From contig KZ538576.1 in NCBI GenBank assembly GCA_000934665.2, forward strand, positions 1-60,886: DNA of 60,886 bases, in the 5' to 3' direction. The notes beneath the pieces were generated by a model, which saw nothing but the letters and a program-made list of their open reading frames with translations, did not search any database and was not told the DNA's origin. The number at the start of each line of letters is the position of its first letter. The first letter of the stretch is position 1. The translations under genes and the position numbers were made by a program. Shown in pieces: positions 12,407 to 24,130 of this stretch. This DNA comes from Catajapyx aquilonaris. Its lineage: Eukaryota.

Positions 12407-12548
12407 CTATCGGGTTCAAATACTTTTGACCACTTTATCCTAGTCTTGAAGCAACCCTTCGCGCGCGCTCACCTCCTTAGCGTGGGGTCTGTGCGAAGAG
12501 TTGCTTCAACACCAGGATAAAGTGGCCAAAAGTATTTGAACCCGATAG
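12407..12548. mobile_element. Tc1/mariner-type MITE family A, copy 1 (142 bp hairpin)
   Basis: TIRs CTATCGGGTTCAAATACTTTTG...CAAAAGTATTTGAACCCGATAG, TA TSD; a second copy lies at 57636-57777. Confidence 0.88.
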
Positions 12549-12627
12549 TACATGTGCAAGAAAAAAAAAGTTCAATTTTGTTCTCTATAGTGGGAAGCTT
12601 GCAATAACTCAATGTCACATACACGTA

Positions 12628-12795
12628 ATTATATAATTGGATTGAGTCTGTGCCTCTGTTTGTCCGGGGCGAGTCATCAGCCGGAAAGTGGCAGTAGTGC
12701 GCCATACACGTGAGGGATATGGTACTACCCTAGTTTCTCCCCCCGGGGGGGGGGGGGGGGGGAATTTTGCCAACTTTTGGCAAGAGGTTCACTAG
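12628..12795 (+). mobile_element. Short non-autonomous Helitron-like element
   Basis: 3' hairpin TTGCCAA..TTGGCAA followed by CTAG|T. The 5' part TATATAAT...GTCTGT..TGTTTGTCCG resembles the other Helitron heads in the window; the 5' boundary is approximate. Confidence 0.45.
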
Positions 12796-13339
12796 TAGTA
12801 GACATGCAGATTAGCTTCAAGTCTTGCCTAACTACTGCGCATAATTGTAACAACTTTGTACTAACAGCAAGAATAATGAGTAATTACACTTCAGAGTTTG
12901 AAAAGTTTGCGATTATTTTCAGCATGGAGTGTTTTTACGGTCTTTTCGATGCATAAATATTTTTGCAGTCAAATATTTTCTGGCTTCGGTGAACGTTCCA
13001 AAATTGTACGATTGCAAAATATGCTGTAGAATTTTGCACTCCCACCATGTAGCAAATTTATGCATGGAAATAATGCATTTTTTGGGTTCATTAAACGAGG
13101 GAGGGTGTGTCTAGCTTAATTTATTGTTCGGTTTAAAAAAAAATTTAATGATATATCGGGGTCGAATTATGCACTGGCACATTTTAGCATAACCTACTGA
13201 TTCATACATTTTTTTAAAACTAGTGTAATACCAGTTTTTAAAATCAAGAAGGCTAATGCACTATCCTAATAATAACGATTCATTAGAGCCATGTCATTCC
13301 ATTGCTTTAAGGTTACAAGTTTGAGTTGTGACTAAGGCT

Positions 13340-14590
13340 TGACTACGAATACTACTACTACGTCTACTACTACGACTACGAGTACGACGACGACGACTAC
13401 TACTACTACTACTACTACGTTTACTACTACGACTACCACTTGTACGACGACGACTACAACTGAATCACCCAGAATGGAAAGGGCATAAATCCACCTTTTG
13501 GTCAAAATGACTTTTTCGCGGAAGGATACTCTTCAGCATGGAGGGCATAAGATCCAGTATGAGAGGGTGCGAAAGTCCCCACCCATATGCTATATTTTAG
13601 CATGTCAAAATTGCCTCCAGAATGGCAAAGGGGGAATACCTGGACTTACACCTTTTCCATGCTGAAATTGCTGCTTCGGAATGAAAAGGCACTTATAGTC
13701 CATCGTGTCATTAGCCGGTAAATACCTACATGTAAATGTTGAAGTAAAGTGTTTGCCTATATCAATGAGTGTTTTATTTTGTGTTACTTATGTTATCATG
13801 TGACAGAACGGCACAGATTTTCTCATCCTGCCATCTTTCAGAATGAAAAGGACGTAAGTCCCGTCCCTTTAAATCGCTCTCACGCATCTGTCATGACGCG
13901 TTTTCCACCGAACTCTGCTCAACAAGATGCCAATGTCGACTAAGATCAACATTCCCGCGAGTCCGACCAACTTGACGAATTTACAATGCCGCATTTCAGT
14001 TTTTTGTCTCCCCTGTAAAATTTTGTCTCATGGACTTATGACCTTTCCATTCTGGGTGATTCAACTACTACTACTACGTTTACTACTACGACTACCACTT
14101 GTACGACGACGACTACAACTACTACGACTACGAGTACGATGACGACTCCTACGACTACTACTACTATTACTACTACGTCTACTACTACGCCTACTACTAC
14201 GACTACTACTACGACTACTACTACGACTACGAGTATGACTACTAATTAGCCCTACTACGTCAACTACTACGAGTACGACTACTATATTACGACTTGACTG
14301 CGACTATGACTACGTCTACCATTACGACTTGACTGCGACTATGACTACGTCTACGACACTTGACTACGACTACGTCTACCATTACGACTTGACTGCGACT
14401 ATGACTACGTCTACGTCTACGACTGCGTCTACCATTACGACTACGTCTACCATTACTTGACTAAGACTACGACTATGACTCAACTACAAGTACTGTACAA
14501 GTACGCTTATGTCTACTACTACAACGACGACTAAGACTACGACTTGATCTACGATTACGACTATAGCTACATCTACGAGCTACTATTACA
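13340..14590. repeat. (ACT/ACG)n microsatellite region split by the TIR element at 13461-14063
   Basis: Read directly from the sequence. Confidence 0.9.
13461..14063. mobile_element. 603-bp non-autonomous TIR element with TG..CA ends, inside an (ACT/ACG)n microsatellite
   Basis: TIRs TGAATCACCCAGAATGGAAAGG / CCTTTCCATTCTGGGTGATTCA, with internal repeats of the subterminal motif in both orientations. Confidence 0.85.
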
Positions 14591-16007
14591 GTTACGAGGC
14601 TGATGTGACACAGCAAAGCATCTTTTATTGGTTTTTATTGTTTTGTCGTAAAATATACATAAAGTCGCTAAAAATCAGGAAAATAAGTTGGACAGTGATC
14701 ATAAAGTTCGGGACAGACATGGGTGATTCAGACTCACCCCATCAGATCTGTCGGGAGTGCCATTGTGGCCCCCTTGCACTCTGGCCTTCTAGCTCAGATT
14801 GAAGTCTAGGAAGGGGGAAGACCCAAAAAGGGGGGGAGGGGGGGGGGCTTTACACAGACTCAGGGGTGCATTAATGCAGAATCTAACCCCTCTACATTTG
14901 ATCCGGGGTATTTTTTTGTGTCACTTGGAAGCTTTTAGGATCTGATGATCCATGAGTGATAAGCTTGGTTGGCATTGTTGAGGTGGGAAGAGTCGGGGGA
15001 TTGGAAATAAACAGAGAGAAGGGGGGAGAGTTTGAATGTGGCGCGGTGGACAGGGTGGCAACAATTGTTCATATTGGCACCATTGCTTTCAATCACCGTA
15101 CGCAATAATAGGTCCTCTGCAATAATGAGTAGCTGCCCTTTGCGTCTACGAGTATTATACTTCAATAATATTCTCTGGGTTTCGTGCCCATCTGGTCCCC
15201 TAGTGTGAGCCAATAGGATTCAAGATAATATAAACAGAGGGGTGAATTAATGATGAGTTTTCGCCCCTAAATAATCCAATTCTTTCTTCTCTATACGAAG
15301 CTTTTACAGTCGATGACGTGCAGTATATTCCGCATGGACCATTGTTGCATACATACAGTACTAGGGACTACATCCTTGGACTACATAGCACATGCAAACA
15401 TACAAAAAATGTATAATTATCAAATTATTACCTAATAATAAATAAACAGAAAATATAATTATTTTATTTTATTTTAATTAATTAATTAATTTATTTAAAA
15501 AATTAGTTCATATTATTTTTGGGTTAGCTTGTGGCTCCCGTCATCGCTGAGTATGCCTACTCCTTATAGGGAAATGTCGTGTGGTGGTGGTGATGATGAT
15601 GATGATATTATCATTTAATATTAGTATTTTTATCATTTAAAATTATTAATAATATTATATAAAATCACATAATTTATTATTGAGAATTACTGAAATATTA
15701 TAATTTTACTATTTGTTAATTTACCTATCGTCATTAGGCCTAGTAGTAAAAGTAGTAGTAGTAGAGTAGTGGTGGTGGTGGTGGTGGTGGTGGTAGAAGT
15801 TGTAGCAGTTATAGTATGGAAAAATTAATTGATTTATCAATAGTGAGCTAGATATCTAAGAGGAAGTAAATAAAAATTTGTACACATTAACTAATGAATA
15901 ATAAAAACAGTTTATAACAAGTAGGAGTAAAGGAACTAGATAAATACGAAAGTGCTTGTGCATGAAAAATATTATGCAATAAACATAATTATTATTTTAT
16001 GTGACTA

Positions 16008-16200
16008 TTGCATACAACTTACTCAAATTTGTATCTTTGTGGGCATTATTATTATACAGACATACAGTAGCCTACATATTTACTACTCATTTACTATTAT
16101 AGGCCTATAATAATAGTAAATGAGTAGTAAATATGTATAGGCTACGGTATAATACGTAATAATGCCCAAAGATATAAAAATTTGAGCAAGTTGCATGCAA
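16008..16200. repeat. ~190-bp spacerless imperfect palindrome centred on AGGCCT (16101-16106)
   Basis: TTGCATACAACTTACTCAAATTT...TACTACTCATTTACTATTAT is mirrored by ATAATAGTAAATGAGTAGTA...AAATTTGAGCAAGTTGCATGCAA. Confidence 0.85.
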
Positions 16201-16639
16201 TCTTCGCTTTTGATTCGTATCCCAAGCGACAGTCGTAGCCAGTAGAGAGAATTAAAAAAAAAAGGGGGGGGGGGTGGGAGTAATTACACAAGATCGAAGG
16301 TGTGGACCACAAAGTCACGCTCGTAGTAATGCCTACAGACTAGGGAGACTTTAACGAGGATTTAATTACCTGCCGGCACACAGTTGAATGTGGCGGATTG
16401 GGGCCTGCATGCAATATGGGGTGGGGAGACCATTGCGCAAGATTTATGTCCGCATCACGTGCCATATATGATGCTTATTCTTTCCATCGCCTTACCTACT
16501 ATTTGGCCTACACGTACGAGTTAGGATTCATCACACTGGAGGTGTCCTACGACTAGGAAGATGGCCTACAGATACGAAGGTAACCTACGAGTACGAAGAT
16601 GGGCTACGAGTAAGAGTCTGCTTGTGTATGCAAATGATT

Positions 16640-17005
16640 TTTTTTTGTAAATTTGCATAGTTTATTTTTTGTAAATTTGTATACGGTAAATTATTTTGTA
16701 AATTCGTATAATTTATTTTGTAAATTTGCATAGTTTATTTTTTGTAAATTTGTATAATTTATTTTGTAAATTCGTATAATTTATTTTGTAAATTCGTATA
16801 ATTTTTTCCTAAAATTGTTTAATTTATGTTTTTGTAAATTTGTACGGTATATTAATTTATTCTTTGTATAGACTATGTATTTGTAGAATTTTTTGTAAAT
16901 TCGTATAATATATTTTGTAAATTCGTATATTTTGTAAATTCGTATAAGTTAATTTTTCCTAAAATAGTTTGATTTATGTTTTTGTAAATTTGTATAATTT
17001 ATTTC
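16640..17005. repeat. ~22-bp minisatellite
   Basis: (TTTTGTAAATTCGTATAATTTA)n. Confidence 0.85.
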
Positions 17006-17879
17006 ATTGCCTTACATATTTACCGTATTTAAATATTATATTACATTTTATTACAAGAAATATTTATTATGCTCAAATTGTTTTATTTGATTGTATATTG
17101 GTTTTTTCTACTTGCTTGAACTAATATTAGTGCTAGAAAATAAATAATTCAAATATTTCCGCCATAGAAAAGGCTACGCCCACGATAATGGCCTGCACAT
17201 ACGAACCTTGCAGGCTTAAAAATACTGCCAGAAAAAAAAACAACAAACTCTCACCATTGTCTTTTCCCACACCTTACATAACGCCTATCTTTTTTAAAAA
17301 AACTGGTTGTATTAATATTTACCATCCCACATACAAAAAAAAGAACCATCCGTTTATTTTTGAGCCGTATCTAGTTCTCACTATACCGGGGCTCTCTAAT
17401 TAAAAATTCCTGACGTCCATTGTTTGCTCAACAATGTATTCAAAGCCCCCCTTTGCTTTTACGAACGGAGAGGTTTCATTAACTAAACGCACAGCGGAGA
17501 GCCAGCAGAGTTTACAAAAAAAAAAGAAAAAAAGGAGCTGAAAATGAAATAAAAATCGAAGAAAACAGTTGACAATAAACTGGCTCAATTATCCCCAGCA
17601 ATTTATCATGTCTTGAAGAAACCTGAGCTATAGGGAGAGAAAAATACTAGCAGTTCATTAATCAACGTGGACAAACACACGGCACTGGGGTTTAAAAAAA
17701 AAACAACGGTGGTAAAAGTGGGAAAGGCAGTATTGGTATTTTGGACTAGAATGCAAACAGTTGGAGGAAAAAAAGCGAAAAAAATGGCCGAGGATTGTAA
17801 TTAAACTGGTACAAAAAAAATGGGTACATTCGACGAATGTTTGTGTGGCGGGTAGCAATCAACAGTTCAACACATCAAT

Positions 17880-17967
17880 ACTTTAGAAGGTGATATGACC
17901 ATGAAATGGGTAGTATGCCAGGAGTATAAAATGGACAAACAAACAAAATTTTCCTTTTATATACAGA
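17880..17967 (-). mobile_element. Helitron 5' terminus fragment
   Basis: The minus strand reads TCTGTATATAAAAGGAAAATTTTGTTTGTTTGTCC. Confidence 0.45.
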
Positions 17968-18639
17968 GTTAAGTTATTAATTTAGTTTTGTTATTAATTT
18001 ATATTATTTTATGTTATATTTTGATATTTCGCGCATTTTTAAAATTTTAACAATTTCAAAATTAGCATTAATTACAATTGTAAATTATTATTTCTTTATT
18101 ATTTATTTTTTCCTTTAATTTCAATTAAATAATTTTTTACTTTTGAAATTTAAATTTTGAAGTAACATTAATTACAATTGTAAATTTTTATTTTTTATTT
18201 TTTTATTTTTCCCTTTATTTATATTTCATTAATTTTTTACTTTTAAAATTTGAAGTTTTTAAAGTAACATAAGTTAAATTTTAAAATAATTGTTATTTTT
18301 AAAATTTTATTTTTCACTTTAATTGTATTTTTATTATTTTTTACTGTTTTAAATTTAAAAATTTAAAAATTAACATTACTTAAAATTTAAAATAATTGTT
18401 ATTCAGTTATTTTGGTTTTTATTATTTTTCACTTTAATTAAATTAATTTAGTTTTCAATAGTTTATTGTAGATATCAATTTAATTTTAATTAATAAATGA
18501 AATTAAAATATTAACTCATATTACGATAATGTAACACGAATCATATTAATTTACATTAAATTAACATAAGTTATAATGAATAAATAAATTCAGCAATAAT
18601 TATTTCTTGTCAATTGTAAGTTTTGAATAATATCAGCTA

Positions 18640-18755
18640 TTTTGCTGTTTCGTATAATTTATTAGTGATTTATCTGTTTCGTATAATTTATTAGTTATTT
18701 TTGCTGTTTCGTTTAATTTATTAGTGATTTTGCTGTTTCGTATAATTTATTAGTT
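18640..18755. repeat. ~30-bp tandem repeat x4
   Basis: CTGTTTCGTATAATTTATTAGTGATTT. Confidence 0.85.
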
Positions 18756-19689
18756 TTTATTCCACTCTGTTATCCACATTTATTACGGTTCACAGTAGGC
18801 TACATTTACACCCTAAAAACCTGCATTAAAAATGTTATTCCCTAATAATATAATAAATAACTGGAGCCAATGACCTCTCTTCCTGTGTGCCTCCCTCCCC
18901 CGCCTTCCCCCAACTCCCCACATCAAACACGTCCTTGATGCTCATCAGCAAATTACCCACCCTTCTTTTTGTAGGTTTTACCAGTTGATTCGATAATCCG
19001 ATCAGATTTGTTTAGCGAGAGGCCACACGACTATCAGAAAAAAAAGGGTAGGGAGGGGGGGTGGAGAGGTGGGGGGAAATAGTGGGGGAGTAGTACAGGT
19101 CGATACACCCGACAACGTTGGATTAACAAAGTAAACACAGTGTTACTTGGAGTGTTGTCAACAACAAAACAGAGTCGGTTGCATCACCTGCCTATAACAC
19201 GCGAAGGTAATTTTTTGGGGGGACCAATTTGTGGGTAGATGTCAATGACATTCGATCGATTGTATTGTTCACTCCACCAACCATTTGCTAGTTCAAAAAA
19301 AAAGGTCATAGTTCGCAATATTGGCAATATTGCAAGGTAGCCTCAGGTTACAATATCCACTGTAATAAGTTACAAAGCCTAAGGTGGTCAACATCTTGTG
19401 TACTTAGCACTCTGTACATTCAAACCCCTTGACCAGTTCTCATAATTAAAGCCTATTGATCGATATCATCGATCCTACATATGTCTGGACACTGTCCCAT
19501 TTTTTGCAAAAAAAAATATTGCACAAAAAAAATGAAATCTTGGCTTGGACATGGTCTGGCGCAGTTGAGGCGATTTTCGACTGCTTCCAACGCCATCTGT
19601 TCAACACTAGATTTTCGGTGGGGGGAATGAAGGGGGGAGATGGGGGGGGGGGGAGGGACCCACCCACCCTTCCCCCACTTTCCCGGTCG

Positions 19690-19935
19690 TTCCGGGCTTT
19701 CAGTCCGGGCTCGGTCTCAGTTGGTGCCGCATCGTGGTGGTGCTTATACTACACCCTGTACTTAAGCACGTGAACATTTAACTTCCCCCATTAAAAAAAA
19801 TAATAATAATAAATTATTTTAAAAGTAAGTGATGTGTGACCAGGATGGTGATTATTGTGATGTGAGTGTTCGTGATGGGATTTAAGGTGGTGACCCCTGT
19901 GTGACCTGTCCTGTGTGTTTGACCTTTGACCTGTT
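19690..19935 (+). promoter_or_regulatory. Putative promoter/5'UTR of second gene: Inr-like TCAGTT (~19716) and perfect nuclear-receptor DR1 TGACCTTTGACCT (19920-19932)
   Basis: The motifs are read directly in a GC-richer island upstream of the putative exon, with several additional TGACC half-sites nearby. Confidence 0.35.
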
Positions 19936-19993
19936 CCTTTGACATCTACCCCACTTTTTTATCGGTTCTCAATGTGACCAACTAAAATGAACC

Positions 19994-20060
19994 ATGACAG
20001 GAGTCACACGGTTTTTCGTCATGGGACCGTACCTCGTCATTTCCGGGATTGTCTTCTTGG
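19994..20060 (+). CDS. Putative first coding exon (signal-peptide-like MTGVTRFFVMGPYLVISGIVFL+G) of a large secreted or membrane protein gene
   Basis: ACCATG start context, 22 codons with a hydrophobic end, strong donor G|GTAAGT (phase 1), in non-repetitive sequence downstream of an Inr-like TCAGTT. No downstream exon was identified in the window. Confidence 0.55.
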
Positions 20061-21434
20061 GTAAGTACATGACAATTAGTGGACTAATTACAATGACAAT
20101 AATAAACACTTATTTAGCGAAAATAATAATTAAAGAAGTGGTCATATACGCACATAGATGTGAATGACAGTGGAAATGATGAGTTAATTTTATTAACAAA
20201 TGAATTAAAAAATTAATTGCATATCATTAATAAACTGTGCACACACCCTGTTAGTACACGACAAAAACCGGCCGGTTTTTATACTACATTAATTGTTAAA
20301 TAAATAATGTGGGAAACGCAGCTATAATGTGCTGGTTTAAAAAAAGTATGAATAGTTAATAGTTATTGTGCGGCGTTAATTACGTTTAGAAAGTGCCACC
20401 GCATATAATGAGTGTGTAACTGTATGTATGGAACATACGTCGCAATTAATATGTTTCGATAAATTTATAAATAAATTGAATTGTTCAATTAGGAATTTGT
20501 TGCGGCTATAGTTACAACAATGCATTAATTGCAGTTTTTTTTACCAGTCGAAATGTGTGTGACAATATTGATAAATTTATTCGCAAATTTCTATTCAATT
20601 TTAGCGAATTTTTTGGCAATATTGTTCAGATACAATTTTTTTGCAAAATCTTGATCCCGGAAAAAGCAATCCGTCGTGTTTATGTATAAATAATTAACAA
20701 AAATAGCGATAACCTTCTACAGCAATTAGTTTGCACAAATTTCAAGCTTTCGCAAAATGAACCGGATTTGCAATAATTCATGAAATTAACCCGAAATTAA
20801 ACATACATTTGACTTTAGGGTAATAAAATGCGGTTGCCGAAAAAAGTGTTGCGAAAACAAGCATCCAAAGAAATATATTCGCAAGACAAATATTTTTGCG
20901 AGGAAAAAAAATCACGCAGGAATGAAAAGTCCCGCAAAAAAAAACGCATTTTGTATTCTGAACTGGACTTTTGGTTTTTTTTCTAGACTTTTTTTTCTTT
21001 CTTTTTCTTGGACTTTTCCCGTCTCGTATACTAAGAAGGGGAGGGATCTTAGGTTTTGCAAAAAAAGAAAAAAAAGAAAAAAATATGCGAATTTCCATAA
21101 GGCGTCCGGATTGGATTTTTCTCCTTTTGCCGAGAACAATTTTACATTCGGAAACACGGCTTGAGTTGAGCCGCCTTAACAATGGGATTTGGACTCGGAG
21201 TTTTTTTTTTTTTTTTTTTGCAAAAGATTTTTGGCCGCAGAAATTCATCCGGTCTGAGGCATGAATTTTTGTATAAAAAATAAGTGTGCAAATTTGGCGA
21301 AAAACCGGTCGAAAATACAGGTTAGACGAATTTTACCAATTTTAATAACAGTAAAATGGATTGTGTACATTATAGCCTATAAAATAACTGCTTGGAAACA
21401 AGCAGTTTAGTGACAAAAATATAGCAATTAAATA

Positions 21435-22119
21435 CAGCCTCGCCTATAACGGACAGGTGGTTATAACAGACTCGAACGGCCGGTCCCGGCAAACTTCCAT
21501 TTTTTTACTCGTGATATGACAGACTCATTGTCACCTCACCTCGGGTATAACAGACCATTTCTTGGCCCATTGGCTGTTTTTTTATTATTAAACTTCATTT
21601 ACGATGCACAGGAAGGCAGAGAATACAGGAGAGGTGTGATTTTCACATCTGTCACTGATCTTAAATAACTTACTCAAAATCATACGTTTTGTGGTATATT
21701 TGGCAACAAGGAGACGTCCGAAAAGAAATTCCGGATTTTTTTTTGGTCGTTCCTAATTTACGAGTTTATACTTGTGGATAGTATCGTTAATAACCGAAGC
21801 AGTGGTAGCGGAGGGGATATGTTATCCGACTGCTAATCGGGAGGTCCTGGGTTCGAATCCCGGTGGCCGCCGACCCTGACCGTGGTTTTCTGTGGTTTCC
21901 CATGGTCTCACCAGGAAAATTTCGGGGTCGTGTCCGTAATTATAGGCCACAGCCGCTTCCCTCCGTCCCTATCCCATCCCCATATACGAAAAGTAAAAAC
22001 GAAAGCAAGGTTCCAGATAAAAAAAAATATTGGTGGTTTCCCACCCCCCTAAGAGAGTCCATGGCTCTACCACGGGGTACAAATTATTATTCTTATTATT
22101 CTTATTATTCTTATTATTC

Positions 22120-22160
<41 letters not shown>

Positions 22161-22303
22161 ACATACAGTAATGTGTATTATAAACGTATGAAATATTGTG
22201 GATTTATTGCAAAGGTTGCGATTTGGCTATAACATTAACAGACTTCGGTTATAACATACTTTTTCCGCGGTCCCCTGCAGTATGTTATAACCGGAGTCAA
22301 CTG
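21435..22303. mobile_element. pogo/Tigger-like MITE interrupted by a SINE
   Basis: Right end GTTATAACCGGAGTCAACTG|TA and degraded left end TA|CAGCCTCGCCTATAACGGA; repeated GGTTATAAC and GGTCCC subterminal motifs. Confidence 0.6.
21793..22158 (+). mobile_element. tRNA-derived SINE with Nin/Deu-like core, divergent subfamily with (TTA)n tail
   Basis: B box GGTTCGAATCC, anticodon-like arm CCGACTGCTAATCGG, core GTGGTTTTCTGTGGTTTCCC...GGCCACAGCCGCTTCC, ending in a TTA microsatellite. Confidence 0.85.
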
Positions 22304-22329
22304 TATCATAGCACATGAAATAGCTGAAT

Positions 22330-23235
22330 ATAAATTTAGTGCCAAACCGGTAATTTTATGCTATCAATAATAATTGCACAAATATGCAGCCGGTAATGCC
22401 CAAAAACAGTTATTTTATATGCTACCAAGTATAATAAACAATTGGTTTAAACTTTAAATAATCAATTTAGTTACAAAACTAATTTGAGGTTATGTGTTAA
22501 AATAAGCAGTTTTGTGCCAAACAGTAATATTTGGCTATAAATAGCTATTAAAACATGTAGCTTAATTCCAAATACAGTTATTTCGTTTGTTATAAAAATG
22601 ACTTTAAAACAAGCGATTTAGTGACAACCCAAATTTTAGGCTATAAGTGTTAAAATAAGCAGTTTTGTGCCAAACAGTAATTTTTGCCTATAAATAGCTA
22701 TTAAAACATGCAGCTTAATTCCAAATACAGTTATTTCGTTTGCTATGAAAAATGACTTTAAAACAAGCGATTTAGTGACAACCCAAATTTTAGGCTATAA
22801 GTGTTAAAATAAGCAGTTTAGTGCCCAACAGTCATTTTTGGCTATAAATAGCTATTAAAACATGCAGCTTAATTCCAAATACAGTTATTTCGTTTCGCTA
22901 TTTTAAAAAACTGGTTAAAATAAGCAATTTAGTGACAAACCGAATTTTAGGCTATAAATAAGTTAGAAAATGTGCTGCTTAGTTCCAAGTAGTTGTTTCA
23001 TAGGCTATAAACAACAGATTTAAATAATCAGGTTAGTGCCAGTGCCAAAGTAGTAATTTTACTGGCTTTACTAAACAACACTTAAAATATGCATCTAAGC
23101 TTCTGATTTAAATAATCAGCTTAGTGACAAAGCAGTAATTTTATAGGCTATACTAAATAACTGTTAAAATATGCATATTAGTTATTTCATATGCTATAAA
23201 AGTAACTGATTCAGTTTAATGCCAAAAATAGCTTA
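22330..23235. repeat. Higher-order tandem repeat (~38-bp monomer, ~155-bp unit)
   Basis: AAATAAGCAGTTT.GTGCCAAACAGT..TTTTGGCTATAAATAGC recurs at 22500, 22654 and 22807. Confidence 0.85.
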
Positions 23236-24023
23236 TTATGACCTAACCAGGTTCCAAAAAAATATTTGTAAAAATATTCTAGCCATTGGCCGATTCCACC
23301 GCCATCTGTTGGAGCAATATATATCTCTTATCGGTTCTTAGGGCCCCTCGAAACCTTGGCCGGGAAAAAAAAACCTTTGGGATTGAGGGCAGAGATTAAT
23401 GATGAAAGTTGGAGAGCAAACTTTTTTTTATTATTTCGCCCTCCCTACCGCCAGAGGCCAGCTTTTTGGAGTGCTAATTATTTGATTCGCATCGGAGGAG
23501 TATGCTGTTCAACAAGGTATTATCTATGCGTCAATGTCCACTGCAGTTACTGATGCGGCCATTTAGTAGCGCTGGGTCAAGTCATTAATCGGCCATTCCG
23601 CAATCGACCACAAAAAAAAAAACTGAAAATTTATGAATAATGGATGGATGGATTTTCTGCCCACCACGCCATTTTGGATGGGGCTAGAATAAAAACTGGC
23701 TCCAAAAAAAATATTCGATGCTGATTCGGTCCCAAATGAAGTACCGACTATGCTGCAGTTGACTGTCCTTTTTTGTAGTGGAATCGACCGAAACATTTTC
23801 GGCCTAAACCTTTATTAGCGAAATTTTGTTGACCTCCTTCTGGTTTGCTGAAGATAAACACCTGGACATCAATCATGAGAGGCCAGGGTCACCCTCCGCC
23901 TCATTGTTGTTCCTCTTGTTTACCTCTCCCAAGAGCTTCTAATGAGGCTCGAGCAACTTTGGCCAAACAAAAGTGATTAAAACTCACCTGTCAGGTAGCT
24001 GTTACTCTCACCTCCAACTTATA

Positions 24024-24130
24024 TCTTATATAATAAAATGCAAAGTTTGTTTGTTTGTCCAAAAATTTTTATACCCATTTTATTATAGAACGCTTCTATG
24101 CAAATATCAGCTGAGTTCCATGTTCCTGTA
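24024..24130 (+). mobile_element. Helitron 5' terminus fragment
   Basis: A|TCTTATATAATAAAATGCAAAGTTTGTTTGTTTGTCC resembles the heads of arthropod non-autonomous Helitrons (Lep1-like). The 3' end is not resolved. Confidence 0.55.
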
